Source: Ptychomitrium polyphyllum (taxonomy: Eukaryota). Taken from it: a stretch of DNA of 64,000 nucleotides. Under the pieces are notes generated by a model. That model was not told the DNA's origin. It saw nothing but the letters and a program-made list of their open reading frames with translations, and made no database searches. The number at the start of each line of letters is the position of its first letter. Position 1 is the stretch's first letter. Shown one piece after another: positions 13,714 to 27,900 of this stretch. The stretch spans positions 12,958,001-13,022,000 of the forward strand of contig OZ316775.1 of the NCBI GenBank assembly GCA_973851085.1, given 5' to 3'. Position numbers and translations under genes: made by a program.

Positions 13714-14734
13714 TTCTTCATGACGTATATTATTAAGTACTTGTCTTTTGAGAGCAAAAGCAGTTGTTTCTTGAGTTCTCAATGTGCACTAGAGTGAACC
13801 AATTAAAGTAATAGCTATGTTTATTGGAGTGCACCATTGCAGCATGGCTTCTGGAAGATGTTTGATTTCTTTTTAGACCTGATTGTAGAAATTTCCTTCA
13901 GCTCCCAAGTGGGCGTAGAAACTTTGGTACAGGATGAGCACGACAAGTACGACAATTTTGAGTAACAGTTGAAATAGCTGTTTCTCGAATGTCTCCTGTC
14001 TGATTTGTGATGGAGCACGTCCTGTACCTAGGTCACCACTTGTGTGACAATGTGTAAAGTAGAGTGCAGATAAAAGAATCTGCAGGGGTATGCCTTGATT
14101 TTCCCCTTTTGCAACCCCATATTTGGGGTTGTTGTACAGTTGGCGGCTTTGTTCCACCCAACACACATAAGTGAAGCAGATTGAAGATCAATTTATTGCG
14201 CAAATATACGTCCTCAGAGTTCATGTATCCCTTCGTTACCATAGACTTGGGACGAACAGTGGTCTATTACCGGTGTTAAATCTAATTTGACGGTAGCTTC
14301 CTGGGAAGTCGATTTACTGATACTGTAGCAGCTTAGTACAATTAAGTACCTGTTTGTCCGACATTCTCCTCGTACAGGATCCCCTGTCTTCTATAGGGCA
14401 ATTTTAGCTCCAGCTAACTCGTTTTTCCAGTTCTTTTAGATAATTCTCTCGCATGATCTGTGATGCACACAACTTGCTACAAACTGAGACACATCAATTT
14501 CTAGAAATTCTGGTCTTTGCATTGCGGATACAAAGAATGCAGGGACAAGACGATGATAATGAAGATACAAGACAAGCCCACTCGAGCGCGCCAACCTAGG
14601 AAGTAGCTAGTAGATGCACAAGCCTCAGGTATATTTTCCCGGTGCACTGCTAATCACAACATAGATGATCTATGGCGCTCAGTTTCTCAGAGGACCACTC
14701 ATGCTGTCTGTGATGGAATCTGTCCGTGATTGCA

Positions 14735-14948
14735 GCTGTTCGGAGGAAGAATCACCTACAAAGTGCTGCTCGGCCGCCAAGGTCACAGGCAGACTGCTAC
14801 CCTCCGTCGTCACCCTCGAGGCCATGGCACCAATGGCCTGTCCACGAAGGACACGGTGCTGCTGTCGGGCCCGCTCAGCGTGGGCAAGGCCGTCTGCGGA
14901 GCCATCGAGAACCTAAGGCCATGCCCCCCAATACCACTAAATAATTGA
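14735..14948 (+). pseudogene. Isolated GC-rich coding-like fragment, possibly a fasciclin (FAS1)-like relic
   Basis: An abrupt GC-rich island follows a TTGCAG acceptor-like site and reads LFGGRITYKVLLGRQ...TVLLSGPLSVGKAVCGAIENL. It only loosely recalls the FAS1 YH and H2 motifs. No flanking exons were found. Confidence 0.2.
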
Positions 14949-15721
14949 GCGCCACCAGCACATCTAAATTTTGTAGCTGTGTATTAGGCTCACAGTTTAG
15001 TGTTGCTGAGTCAACCACCCTTAAAAATTGCTCTGTTAAATATTGATACTGTTTTCCGTATAATTCTTTCATTCTTTTCGGGTATGCTGCATTCATTCAT
15101 AGCACCAAAGTCCGCACATTTCGGCATCTTCAACATTCGTTTGCAGCTAGGAAGTCATGTAATTGGCGCTCTCTGCGTTCCATTTCGTTCAGCAGGTCCC
15201 TGGGTTGGAGTTGAGCGTTGCTGTCTTGTGGTAACGGGATTGTAGCATCTAGTTTGAAACGAAGGAGTAAGTCTGCGTTTTCTTAATATGGATACCAATT
15301 ACGTGACTACATAATGATTGGACAACGGCATTTGCTTGAAAATTTAGCAGTCCCCCATGTACTTTTGGTTAAGGATTTGGTAGATGCCGGAATGAAGATG
15401 CCTATCTAAGTATCCATCGCAATTGCTGCGCTGGTCGCAGTCGTCACTGTAAACGTCAGAATCCTCCTGCAAGTGCTCATAACCGTCTCGTGACAACGAC
15501 AATTGTGTACAGAATTTGTAGTCGTCCTACCTTCCGCCACCTATGTGTCTTGTACAGCAACACACGTTGTCCCGAAGCATGGACACGAAGTTATGGGTTT
15601 TGCAAATCTAACACACTATGACAAAATACGCTAACATCCATCGTTCGATTTCGACTACTTGTGATTCTTGTGAACTGAGGGGGCTCGTTTTGCAGGCACA
15701 TCCAGTTGCTGGAGCCTCACG

Positions 15722-17578
15722 ATGGGCTGTCTACCGGACGAGCTCTGGACGAAGATTTTAGGGATGGGGGTGGAGGTCCAAGTGCTGGACTACCGGGACC
15801 TGTGTTCTCTGGCGTTTGTGTGTCGTCGCATCAGAAGGATCTCGTCTCTGAATTGCATGTGGCGGCCTTTGTGGGAGCGCGACCAAGCAGAGGTTGGCGG
15901 TGGGGTTGGGACGCGGACCTCGGGGACGGAGCTGGGGGCGCCTCGGAAGGGTGATGAGATCAAGCATTTTAGGGAATTGTTCAGATTAAGGTTGGTTCTT
16001 CTCTTCTGATGGTTGGGTGATTGGGTGTGCGCTGAGATTCGCAGTGTTTAATGGGGTTGAGTGACATGCCGTGCAACTTAGTTTGTTCCCGTCTCCATTT
16101 GTTGCCTCTTTTTCGTTCGCAGTGTATGTGAGACAATCTGCGCAAGTAGGGTGAGTTTTGTGGCCTAAGAAGGTTAAGTTATCTGGAAGCGGCTCCTGGA
16201 TGTCTAGATGTGCAGGGGATGGGTTTTGAAAATAATTGGCTTGGAATCTTGTGGAAGTCTGTTAAAGTGCAATTTTTATGGAATTGCATCATGTAGAGCT
16301 GCAATACATAGCGATTCCTTTTGTTACACGATTTCGATTGTTGCCGGTTAGAAGTTTGTATGTCCTGATTGTCTCTTAGTGTTAGAAATTTACATTCTCA
16401 TATTGGTGGTTGATGTAGTCGCTTTGGCAAAAGCTTATGTTTGACGTGTAAAAAATCAAGAGCATTTCAAGCTTGCATTGCGATATGGTGGCAGGGTTTG
16501 TTTTCTGTTGTCAGTCTTGTAATAAACGGTTTGAGAAGGGTTCTTTGATATGGCTGAATGCCGTAGGAAAGACATGTTTTAAACATTTTACTCTTTGCAC
16601 TCATGTAGAAGTCATACTTTTTCTGCTCAGGTTTGAGAAAGTGAGAGCAGCGAAAATGGCAGCACATAGAAGGCGTGTGCTGAGGGTAGAGAGTCAGGTA
16701 GCAGTTATGCAAAAGGAAGCTCAACAATATCAATTAGCCATTAAAGTGGAACGCGAGAAGCTTTTTGCGTCCGTACTGGAGCTGAAAAGCTTCGACCTGG
16801 CAAGGTAGGATCGACCCCTTATCAACTTTCTGGAGGAAACATGATTCTTAACTCATGAACATCTTCTTTCGCGTAGAAGGCTGCCTTTTCCTATCACTTG
16901 GTTTGAATTCTTACGTGTGTGTGTGTGTGTGTGTATAGGTCTAGAGATTTTCAGAAGTGTAGTCCCCACCTGAATGCATTGGTTCTGCTTTCATTGGACG
17001 CAGTCTGAAGTCAACATTTTGATTCTTTTATTGTATTGCAGGCAGTCTGCAGTAGCAATACAGGTCTGGCAACCACAAGCAGTCCGTGCCCGACAGCAAG
17101 AGGTTATGGAGCAGCAGAGTGTTAATGTAGGCGCTCGACAACGTTCCTTGCAGATGGAAATTAATGTTTGTCGCGAGCGGGTACAACAATTCAAGAAAAG
17201 CCTGGTAATTACATTTGTCAAATTAAAAAAACCTATGTTGGTTCAGACTCCGTTTCTAGCATGAGTAAATTATCGAGTTTCCATCCGAGTTCCCTAGTCG
17301 TCTGCTTAAGACGCATCTTAGGATTGAAAGCATCCCTGAAGTAAAATTGATTTCACTGCTCCGAGATCTGCACTGTACTCACGAAAGCACTGTCGTGACA
17401 GCAAGCGAAGAGAAGCGCGATTGAGAAAAGTAGAAGGGAGTTGGAAGCATTGTCGTTCAACCCTTCACGCATGCTTGATGATAGTTCGACTGCTGATGTG
17501 AGAGCAGAACGCAAAGCTGTGCTTAAGAGGAAGCGTGATACTTCTTCGTCAAGCTTGCAAACTCCCCAATCTGTATAG
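15722..17578 (+). CDS. SKIP24: F-box protein, SKIP24-like
   Basis: Exons 15722-15990, 16631-16804, 17042-17204, 17402-17578 join in frame. N-terminal F-box LPDELWTKILGMG...DYRDLCSLAFVCRRIRRIS...W, then AAHRRRVLRVESQ and RQSAVAIQVWQPQAVRARQ coiled coil, typical of plant SKIP24. Confidence 0.85.
16915..16934. repeat. (GT)10 microsatellite in an F-box gene intron
   Basis: Perfect GT dinucleotide run. Confidence 0.95.
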
Positions 17579-18239
17579 AATTGTGTCGTTTCCATTGTGG
17601 CAACAAAAGTAATTTTTAAAAAGATTTTAAAAAAAAGTTGCGACGAAGCTGTTGCGTGGTTGGCTTTATATTGGCACCATTTGGTCCTTGAGCACAGGGG
17701 CATCGAAGTAGGGCATGGAGGGAGGGAGGGAGGGAGGGAGGGAGGGAGGGGGATTCTGATGAGGTGGCTCCATGCTCCTCCCATATTTCTCAGGTGCCAT
17801 TGCACTCTTGCATCACCTTTGACCAGTCATTCCCTCAGGTCACACCCGGGACCAAACAATGGTCCTTTCTACACTCCAGCAGCAACCATTATTAAGGACC
17901 TTCCTAGAATCTATTTTTTTACTTAATTTGATTCCCCTAGGGAGGCTAGACTACTTTGTGTGGTAACATACATACGTTACACTTAGTATTTATCGCCTTG
18001 TAGATTTTATAGTTATTTAAATTAAGCTTATCAACTTATCCTCTATCAAGGTTATAAGGCATATACCATTTTTATTAAGTTTTATGGTTTTTATTAAAAA
18101 AAATCTTACCTTATTTTTTGTGTTTATTAAATTTTCAAAAAGTTTAAATTATCAAAAAAATTAAAGTTTTTTCTTTTTTATATATTAGCACTCTCTTAGC
18201 AATAGTTCCAAAACATTGATTGTTCAAATTTCAATTCTA

Positions 18240-19480
18240 AAACCAATACAAGTTATAATATAACCTTCTTTATTAAAGCAAAAGTAATAATCATTTATTA
18301 TTGTATTATAATATATATGGTTAAGAAACTATGGTGTTTAGATTATTGTAAATTGATACAAGGAATAGTACTTGATAAACAAAACATTAACAACATGTTA
18401 TGTTACTTGAAGATAGAATAATCAAAACGCATTAATAAAAATGAATTCATTTTTTATTGAATTTGTTTATAATAGTGCTTAGTACAAATCAATTGAAACC
18501 TTTGAATTGTTGGATCAAGAGTTGTTCAAAGTCCTCACTACAAATGACTTTGCACAACCTATTATATTACAAGTGGCTAAAAAGCATTCATTAGGGTTAT
18601 AAAATAAATAAAAATTTCCATACTAATGAAATAAGACATGAAGTTTCTTTTGATGTTGGAATTCAAGTCTTATTGAATATGTCTTAAATCAATTTGAAGA
18701 ATCTAAGAACAAAAAATTGTTTTTTAGATGGAATTGTTAAAGGCATAAGAAATAATAAATAGAAACAAAGTGTTTCCCAAAAATTAGCTTCTAAAGAACC
18801 AATGATTAACAAGAACTTGATACAAAGACTAGAACAAGATAGGATACAATATGATCCACAACTTGTATTGGCAAAACTAAGATATACCTTGTCTTGCCTC
18901 CTATTTATTCTATAAAGCTTATATCTCTTAGGATACTTCTAAAGAAGCTTCCTACAAGGCTTAAAAATTAAAAATATTTTGGAAGTCTATGGAACCTTCC
19001 CAAGAAGTTTTCTAAGATGTTGGAACCTTTTTAAGTAGCTTACAAGGAGTTGGTACCTTCCTTGGAAGTTTTTTAAGGTGGTGGAACCTTCTTAGGAAGT
19101 ATCTTAAAGAAGTGGAATCTTCCTAGGAAGTTTCCTGAGAATGTAGAAACGACTATGGAGACATTTGAAAGTATTCTAAAAACCTACTATCATATACTAT
19201 AAGGTTCTAAAGACTATGTTGTATGATTTATATTTATGAAAGGAATAGTCCTTTGAAGATATTAAAAAAGATGGGCTATAGCCTATATATTTAAATTGCC
19301 AATATTATTGGAAATATATAATATACATATTATTCTTCCAAAAGATTTTGGATTTCAAACAATACGAAGCTTCTACCACCACCAATCACTAAAAAAGATA
19401 AAAACTATTGTTTGGAATTGAAGAAATTATAGCACATGTGGTATAAAAAAGCCATACAAAATCTCAAAATTTGAACTTCA
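18240..19480 (+). mobile_element. Highly degenerate Gypsy/chromovirus integrase C-terminus, interrupted by the solo LTR
   Basis: Piecemeal translation gives EFVYNSA and RHEVSFDVGIQVLLN. After removing the LTR and one TSD copy it reads RWN|SPLKILKKMG (GPY/F-like motif), then LLPPPI...IEEIIAH (chromodomain-like start). Many stops and frameshifts; boundaries are approximate. Confidence 0.6.
18735..19241 (-). mobile_element. Solo LTR with 5-bp target-site duplication GGAAT
   Basis: Reverse-complement homologue of LTR 660-1168, flanked on both sides by GGAAT (18730-18734 and 19242-19246). Confidence 0.85.
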
Positions 19481-20580
19481 TTAATTAGCTTGAATATTGA
19501 TTTGAATGAAAATTTATTAGAAATTAAAATAAAATTTTAATTTAGAAGTATTAAAAGAAATTGAGACATTGTAGTACATACACAATAATACTTTAATTTA
19601 AGCAAATGTGCTGAATGAGATGGTGTTTATAATAAGAAATAGTAGAAAATATGGCATTAAATCAAAATCTTTATGGTTTTCATTTTTTTTTGTTTACGAT
19701 TTGAACAAATGTGCTCAAAATTGAATGGGTGAGTGAATCATGTGCCCATTTAATGGTACATGTGCATAATTATTAGTATTAAGTTAAGAAATGGTTTTAA
19801 ATTAAATAAAGATCAATATGACAATTAGTTACAAATTCAAAGTAAAAGAAAAAAATGTATTTAGATTTTACAAGATTAAAGAGAAGAAAATAACTGAGTT
19901 TAGTGGAAATGGGTTACATAAGAAATTCCAAAGCAAAAAGAAGAGGATTGTTATTGAGAGTCTTGGAATATACTTTACAGTTGAAAGATTCATATCAAAT
20001 ATATTAAAAGCATTAAAATTTCTTTAAAACAATAAATTGAACAATATGCATAAAGATGAGTAGGGCATCATCGATTTAATGTTAATATTCATTTTAAAAA
20101 AAGATTAAATTTGACTTTTTTTGTCCTTCAAGGATCAATTGGAAAAAAGTTCAATGAAATTTTGAGCAATGAACATACAAGTACATTTGGGATTGAAAAT
20201 TTATGCTAAATAAATCATTAGAGTCTTAACAATGTATTTGTAAAAACAATACATGTGGATGGGACATTTTTTTGCTTTTGAAGAATGAATCACCAATGTA
20301 CTCATAGATTGTTGTTTTGAAGAATTTTTTTCAAAATGGCCGTATTGATATTTGTAAAAACATCATTTTATAAGAGGACCATATACTATGTGGTGTTATC
20401 ACAAGTATTGTGTTTTTTGTAGAAATGAAAAGTAAATACATACTATATTATATTAATCAGAATGGTGCATGGTGCAGGTAGGATATCAAAGTCTCCAGAC
20501 TGCATGTTACAGACTGCAATGGCTAAGAAGGCCACAAGAATATCAAAGTGTCATGCTGAGAATGAAATGCAGAGTCGAAA

Positions 20581-20659
20581 GGGAACGATGTATGGGGACA
20601 GGGAACGATGTATGGGACAGGGAACGATGTATGGGGACAGGGAACGATGTATGGGGACA
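20581..20659. repeat. Tandem repeat, 4 x ~20 bp (GGGAACGATGTATGGGGACA), upstream of PHL
   Basis: Four copies, one with a 1-nt deletion. Short (GAGGGC)n and (GGCAT)n runs follow. Confidence 0.9.
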
Positions 20660-21903
20660 CGGGGAAAGGAGGAGCAAAGGAATTGGTGCAAGCGGAATGC
20701 GGGGTGGAGACAGCCAGAGGGCAAGGGCGAGGGCGAGGGCGAGGGCGAGCCTAAGCAGCTTTGGCGAAGGAAGGCTCAAGGGCCCAAGGAGTGCTCACTT
20801 GGCATGGCATGGCATGGCATGTCCTGTGCGCACTTGCCCCATTCTCTCTCTCTCGCCGAGGCTTCACCTGCACGCTTTCTTTCGCCTAGGGTTTCCCCCC
20901 TGCTCCCCCCCACTCTCTGCAAGCCCTCTCTGCAAGCCCTCTCTGTAAGCCATCTCTCCCACCCGGTTTTTCCACCGCCGGAGCGGCCACTGTGCTCCCC
21001 CTCCACAGCCGTGCCGGTTTCGTACACGGAGGGACGGAGGGACGAGGGACGAGGGACGGAGGGAGGGAGCACATGACAGCGGGCCTCACGATTCTGGAGG
21101 CGTTTCTGCAAGTATCGTGGTAGTATGCTTCGGAAACCATTGTCTGTACGCTGTGCCCGGAATCATGACTTGCCGAGCTTTTTGAATGTGAATGGTTAGG
21201 GCGGTGGAAATCAACCAACATCTGCTTAAACGCAATCGCAGGGTGTTAGTCTTTCGGCTTTCTCTCTTTCTTCGTGATGTAAGCGAAGCGGATTCCAGAT
21301 TACAGAGCGAGAAATGTTGCAATTGCTCTGTTTCGGGAGAGGTGTAGTTTGCTCTGATTTGGAGTTTAACGATTGGTCCAGTTTGGTATATGAGCGGCTC
21401 TCGCTGGATGGCGGGGCCTAGTGCTGAGTAATTATAGGATTTCGAGCGGGAATTTCCCTTGGGAGTGGTTAGCGATGCAATTTAGTGGTGTGTGCTTGGT
21501 TTTTGTTAAATTGCACAAGGGTTTGAATGGGAGTCGCTCTCCCTTCATCTTTTGTAGCGTTAGAACAGTAGGTGTGGTTCTTGCTCTCAAGTATAATTTC
21601 TGAAGTGAGGCATGCAGTTTTTCTTTATCTTGAACGCTTCACTTGATTACGGAATGCGTTCTTGAGCGATAGTTGTTGATTTCTTTCCAGCGTCATGTAT
21701 GTTTTTGTTGTGCTTGTGTTCCTTTGCGGCTGCTGGATCTCATGTTAGTTGCAGCCTAAGCGGTTGCTGTGTTGTTGGAGTGTGAAAATCTTACTATAGA
21801 TGAAATTTTCTTTTCAGGTTGCCTAAGTCCTTATGTGGGAGCAACCGAAGTTCAAGCCGTTTACGGTCTTGAGATGAGGAGTTGGGCAAAAGTCTAGATA
21901 GCC

Positions 21904-24900
21904 ATGGTGGGAATATCTTTTAAAATATCAAAGAGTGGCACTCGGTACGTACCAAAGCTCTCCTCCAATGTGAAGCTTCAGAAACATGAAGTGGCGACTG
22001 ATGAGAATGGCGTCCAGAACAATGGGATCCATCACCAGGAGGTGCCGTCTAACTTGAAGCGGCCTCTCAATGATGGATTGGAGGGCTTGCATAGTCCTGC
22101 GAAGAAAAGTCGTAGCGAGGTATGCCATCTGTTTTGTTATTCTCGACTACTACACGTGAATATGTTCTAGGAACGCCAGTTGCACTAGTTTCTCTTAGGT
22201 TGCCATCAGCTTCCTTCCAGTACGATGATCGTTTTGTATCATGTTCTTTAAATAGAGCTTTCATCAGAACTCAAATAATTGAGTTACATTTTAATGTTCA
22301 GTATTTGGTGTGTGCCTCCAGCTTTCTTGGAATGATTTTCTCTTCTTGTCGTCTGGATCTCTTTATGCGTACTTCTATCATCACCGTTACTTTGTATCTC
22401 TAGCAATCTCATTTGTATCTTTACCTAGAAGATTTAATTTTACTGGATGAGGGATGCATTGTAGGTTGCTCTGCAGAGTACCACAGGCGATTTGCGGATG
22501 CGATACATAGATCCTCTGTGGCGCAATGTACCAAAGGGTAAGCACAGGCTTCTTTCAAATCATCTTTACGTTATAATTATCAACTGAATTGCTGGAATTT
22601 GGAAACAACGATTGCCATCTTTTGATTCCCTCTCGTGTACATGATTTGAGAACCTCTATTGATCAGTTTATAGCTTTAGCTTTTTGAACCCTTCAGGTGA
22701 TTTAGTAGTAGACATCTTGTCCTTTGATGATGCGCAGATGCCGAGGCTTCATTTGCGATCAATCTGTTTCCCGATGGTTTTTCTATCGACAAACCTACGG
22801 AGGTATGTTGTCTTACATGACTTGTAATTTGCCAGTTTAGGGTTTTAAATCGTGGCAGTGGTATATTGTATTAACTAACTGTGATATGTTCAAAAAAATT
22901 GTCAAGTTTTAATAGTGTTTAAATAATTGCGACAGAAGGGGAAACTGCCACCTCCTGCCTTTGAAGTGACGGATTTGCACTTGTTGCCTTACGGCCGCAA
23001 TACTGATGACTTTTTAAGGGTACGAAACGTCCCATCTTTCTTTGTTTTCCATAGAAGATACAGATGTTGTTCATTTGAAAGTTAGTATCCTGCTAGTGCT
23101 AGGACGTTATTTTTTAATCTATTGAGAGATAATCGCCAGCTCTTGGCTACATTAATTAGGTCATTGAACCTCAATCTTGCTGTTTGATGTGCTTTTCTAA
23201 GAATTGTTGTGTTGCATGGGAGCAGGCCATTGACGGTGGATGGATTCCAAGTACCTTGCTTGAGGACATACCGTGCAAGTACATTGATGGTTGTGTTGTT
23301 TGCGAGGTTGGTTTTTGAGTTGTTGTGGCCTCTGAATTTTCATTCGTATGCCTACAAGTGAATGTCTGACAGACCTATGAGAGTCTGTACTTTGAGGATC
23401 CGATTATTTTCATCGTTACGGGCTTGCTACTGTTGAGTTTGTGATCTATTTTAGGGGTTTGATCTATTTGTTTAAATTTTTGCTTGAAACTTGCTTTTGG
23501 TATAGCTGATGTTGTAATCCAAATACTAAATGAACAACATTGTTGTTCATTCCGTCTCCTAGCTTCGTGATTATAGAGATAGTCTTCAACCACTAATTGG
23601 GGAAACATTTCAAGCCCTGCCTCGGAATGGAAGGGACGGGGATGGGATGCCCACTGTGCAGCGTGTGCTGCTGCAACGAAACAGTGGAAATATTATTAAG
23701 GACCTTAAGTCCATGGATTTGGACGGTTGGACCTATCAAGAATGTCTGGTGAGTCTTATTCCTGCGTTATGGTGTTTACCTATTTATGAGATAAGTTTGA
23801 CTATTCGGTCCGTATTGTAAAGTCGAGCACGCTGCTGAAGGATCATTTATCGCACTAGAGAGTTTATATGTATAAGTTTGTAACTTCAAGTTGACGAATG
23901 TGTGCTACAGGAGCTGGAAGCTAGACTCATAAACACTGTACAAGCTCCACTCTGCTTGGACCCAACACCGGATGTTGCCAAAGAAGCATACATAACTAAC
24001 TACAATAAGGTTTGATTTTAATCCTGATGCCTTAAATCTCATGTTGCTTCTGAATATGATGTTCATACTTGGAGTTTGATGGGTGTTTCTTCTTCCCAAT
24101 GATTGTGTCGATGTAGGTGTTATATTATGTGTACATACTTCTTGAATTTTGTACAAAAACCTCTGAGGAACTTAGACGTGATGAAGGTTTCTGTGCATTT
24201 TTTGTCTGTCTATTGCAGTTGAAGTACAACATAGGGTGCCCGATTTATGGGAGGTATCGGAAATCGTCTGGTTCTTTGCGAGAACGAAGGCTTCATGTTG
24301 CTGCCGCTGCCAAAGCTTTGTCAAGAGCCGATGGATTGGCTAAGCGCCGGAGGTCCAGTATTGAGGGAGGGCTGGCAGGTGGTCCAGCTCTTAATGAACT
24401 TGTTCCTGGGCTTCATCAGGCCGGAATATTATCACCAGGTATGTCATGTTTCTTGATGTTGTCCTTCCTCTCACAAATAGTCATGCCTAGTCCACTTATT
24501 TACGTGCATCTTGTGTCTGGATTTGGCTTGTTGATGAAGTCTCATGACCATTGCAGGTGGAAGACATAGAGTTCAAGATCCTTCAAAATTTTCTCAAGCA
24601 GCACCTGGTTTGTATATTCAGCAACCAAGTGCTTCACAAGGCTCTCTTGGGCAGCAAACATCGATGGCTCGTGCAGGAGGGTTGGCACATTCAATGTCTG
24701 CAATTTCAGTTCCTTCTGGTCCTATGTCTCCGTCTTTAAGCACGCCAGCGACGCCTGCAACATCTGCTGGCGGATATGAAGTAACCAGTGGTTTAGGAGG
24801 TGTATCATCCATGCTTGGAAGGAGGGAAAGTAAAGAATCAGCAGCTGCAGGTCGGGCCGAGGCAAAGCAGATGAAGGCCAAGCAGGTTAAACTTTCAAGA

Positions 24901-27900
24901 CTTCTGTATTTCTTTCTAGTTTGATAGATCTCTTGGGCAACAATTTTATTATCTAGAATACGCAACAAGATCCATTTTGTAGGCTGTTGTGAGAGAGTTT
25001 GAAATTCATTAATGCTGTGTAACCAGGTGAAATATGTTTATTGGAGTATACTGGTATCTACTACATTAATCATTCTTATGTGAAGCATTTTATTGGTCGC
25101 AGGCAGTGCAGGAAAAAGCACAGTTACAGGAACGAAAGCTTCGAGAAAAACAAGGTGCAAAAGAGCAAAAGGAAAAGCAACGGAAGGAAAAATTGCAACA
25201 GCAGCAACAACTCAAAATTGAGAAGCAGCAACTTTCACGAAGCAATAGTCATTTGTCATTGTTGTCTCAGCACTCAGGCTCAATCTCTATGGGTGATGGT
25301 TCCACAACTCCGCGCTCAGAGAACAGATCGTCTTTGGTAGACCAAAGGGATGGTGCCGACGTGGTAATCAAGATGGAGCTGCAAGTAAGATATCCTCCTT
25401 CTGTCTTAATCCTTTCATAGAATTTGGCAACAGAAGTTATTTTGTTTTGATGAGAAAACTTAGGATATTGTGAGCTTCCTATGCAGTGGTTTTGTTTCTT
25501 TACTTTGTTATTGGTGTTCCTGCTGTGAGATCCAAATTCATGAACTTGTATGAGAGTCTGGACAACAGTGATGTGGTGGGGTGAATTCACTTTTTCTGGC
25601 TATTCATTTTCGTAGTCACATTTATCAAAGACGTACGAACAGACTGTTGAGAACAAAATAGATAATGAGGATGTTCTCGTTTTGTCTTTCTTTTCTTAAC
25701 GATTCTTGTCAGATTTGTTCACAGGAGGTTGCAAGGCCCAAACAAGAGTTTGATACACAAAGCTTTGAGGATGCTGAGAAAGGAAGACAAGAGCAGCAAT
25801 TGGCGGATGCAAGAAAACAGCAAGGTACATCAATCTACTACCATTTCTTATAGCTTATGGTCTAATTGCTCAGCAATTATACTGTATCTAGCCATGTCCT
25901 TGCTACCCCAGTTGCATAGTTTGGGGTTTGTAAGGCTTCCTATATATGTCAAGCTTGATGTTGATTTTGTAATGGAATGAAGCTCCTATGAGGGATTGAC
26001 ACAACATGAAGCAGGGCTTCAATCAGGTCAACAGGTGCAACATATGGGGATGGTGCAACAGCCTCTGCCTATGAACCCTTTGCTACCTCAGATTTCCTTG
26101 CCAACATCTGGAATGACTTTCAGTTCAGGGATTGGGGTACAAGACATACGCATGGGGACCAATCACAACTTGGGGACTCCGGTCGGTGCAATGGCACAAG
26201 CACAAGCGCACGCATTGGCCTCGAACCTTGTTCCTGCTGTTCCAAGCCATATGGATCAGGTACTTATGCTCAATTGTTTCTGTTATGATAGTACTTGTAA
26301 TTTTAACGCTGTTGCTCGTTCGGAGCTCCTGGTTGCTGAGAGTTTATTAGATTGTGTTTTGTGGCGGTTCAGGTCTTGAATCGGGAGAAATTTGTTTGTT
26401 TTATGTGGTGCATGTTTAATCATGCATTTCTTTTGTAGGAACCTGTCTCAAACATAAGCAATTACTGGTAGCTGTACGTGATTTTGTCTGCTGCTGGTGC
26501 ATCGTTTGACTTGATCACATATTGGCCACTCCTAATTCAATGTCTAAAAGCTCAAATTTGTTATATATGTTTTTAATGTCTTGCAATCAATTCACGCGAA
26601 AATGTGCAGTGAGTCTAAAAAATCAAAATTGCACTGAGAAGAAATCACATCCCTCAAATATCTGTTTTAAACATATGAAGTTTACGCACTCTCGATTTCT
26701 GCAGACGCAACACTCTTTGGCACAATCTCGACAAAGACAGAGCTCATTACCAAAGGCCACGACAAGTACAATGCAAAATCCCGGAGTGAATGGTTCCCTT
26801 TTGGTGCCTGGAAGTGGGGCGCATCCGACACCAGGTGTGAAGGTAGAATCAGCAACTGGTGGGCAACGTGTCACCTTAGATGGTGGTTCAGAAGATCAAG
26901 ACCAAAATAAAGAGCCGGAAACAATGCATAAATTAGTTGCCGCCATTCAAAGGTATAGTTACTTCATCATGTTTACATGTGAACGTTTCTCCTTTGATGT
27001 TCGCTTAACTGATTTTGGTTTTACTACTCACTACCAAATCTAGAGTTATCATTAACATGTGGGCTGTGTTCAGTTAGAATGTTGCTGAATAAAACTGCAT
27101 TTCATGTATGCTTTAGCAATTAGTTACTGACCATGCAGATCATACTGTTTTCTACAGGCATGGGTTACACAATAGAAAGAAGCCAGTCGAAAATGTCATT
27201 AGTAACCCAAATAAACCTCCTCCGTCGTTTCACCTGCTATCAGTCGCCTTATCTGAAACTGGAGATGAGGTCAAGGAGCCGATGGGTCAGCGAAGCATGG
27301 CAAATTCTCTTGTGGGTGGAAATATCAACTCTCGCAAGACCCGTTCATTACTTTTTGTAAAAACTGAACAGAAGCCAGACCAAGCATATCAAGGCAAGTA
27401 TCAATGCATCATTTCTCATTTGGAATCTTAAGTCACAAGAGGGTTATTATTTTATGTCTTCAGTGTTATATGCTATTATGCATGATTTTCTCCTGATTTA
27501 GGAGATGGTTCTTTATTCAGATGCATCGTGTAAGGACATGATATTTAGCTAGTGGTTACAATACCTGTCTGCGTCTATGAATTTGTGTTTGTCTAATTCT
27601 TGAGGATACATCGAACTATACGCTAAGTAGTTTCATGGAAGACGAAACTGATATGGTAGAGTGCAAACAGGAGGAATGAACTTCCAGCCTGCTTTTCATC
27701 GTTCACGAAAGCGGCTTGTGTTATGTGGTCGAGCAAAAGACAGCTTGGTGGAGGCCATTATCCAAGTTGGAGATGATCAGGAAGAAGAAGCCGTACCTCC
27801 TCATCATGTCTTGCCAACCATGTCTAATGTTGTAAGTATCTAATCTCAAAGGTGCACGGAATTGAAGTGACATTGTTCTTACTTGGGAAAGGTGGAACAA

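Noticed and set aside
20462..21322. Several 60-200 aa ORFs on both strands upstream of PHL
   Set aside because: They arise from GC-rich promoter/leader sequence and simple repeats, with no domain-like content.
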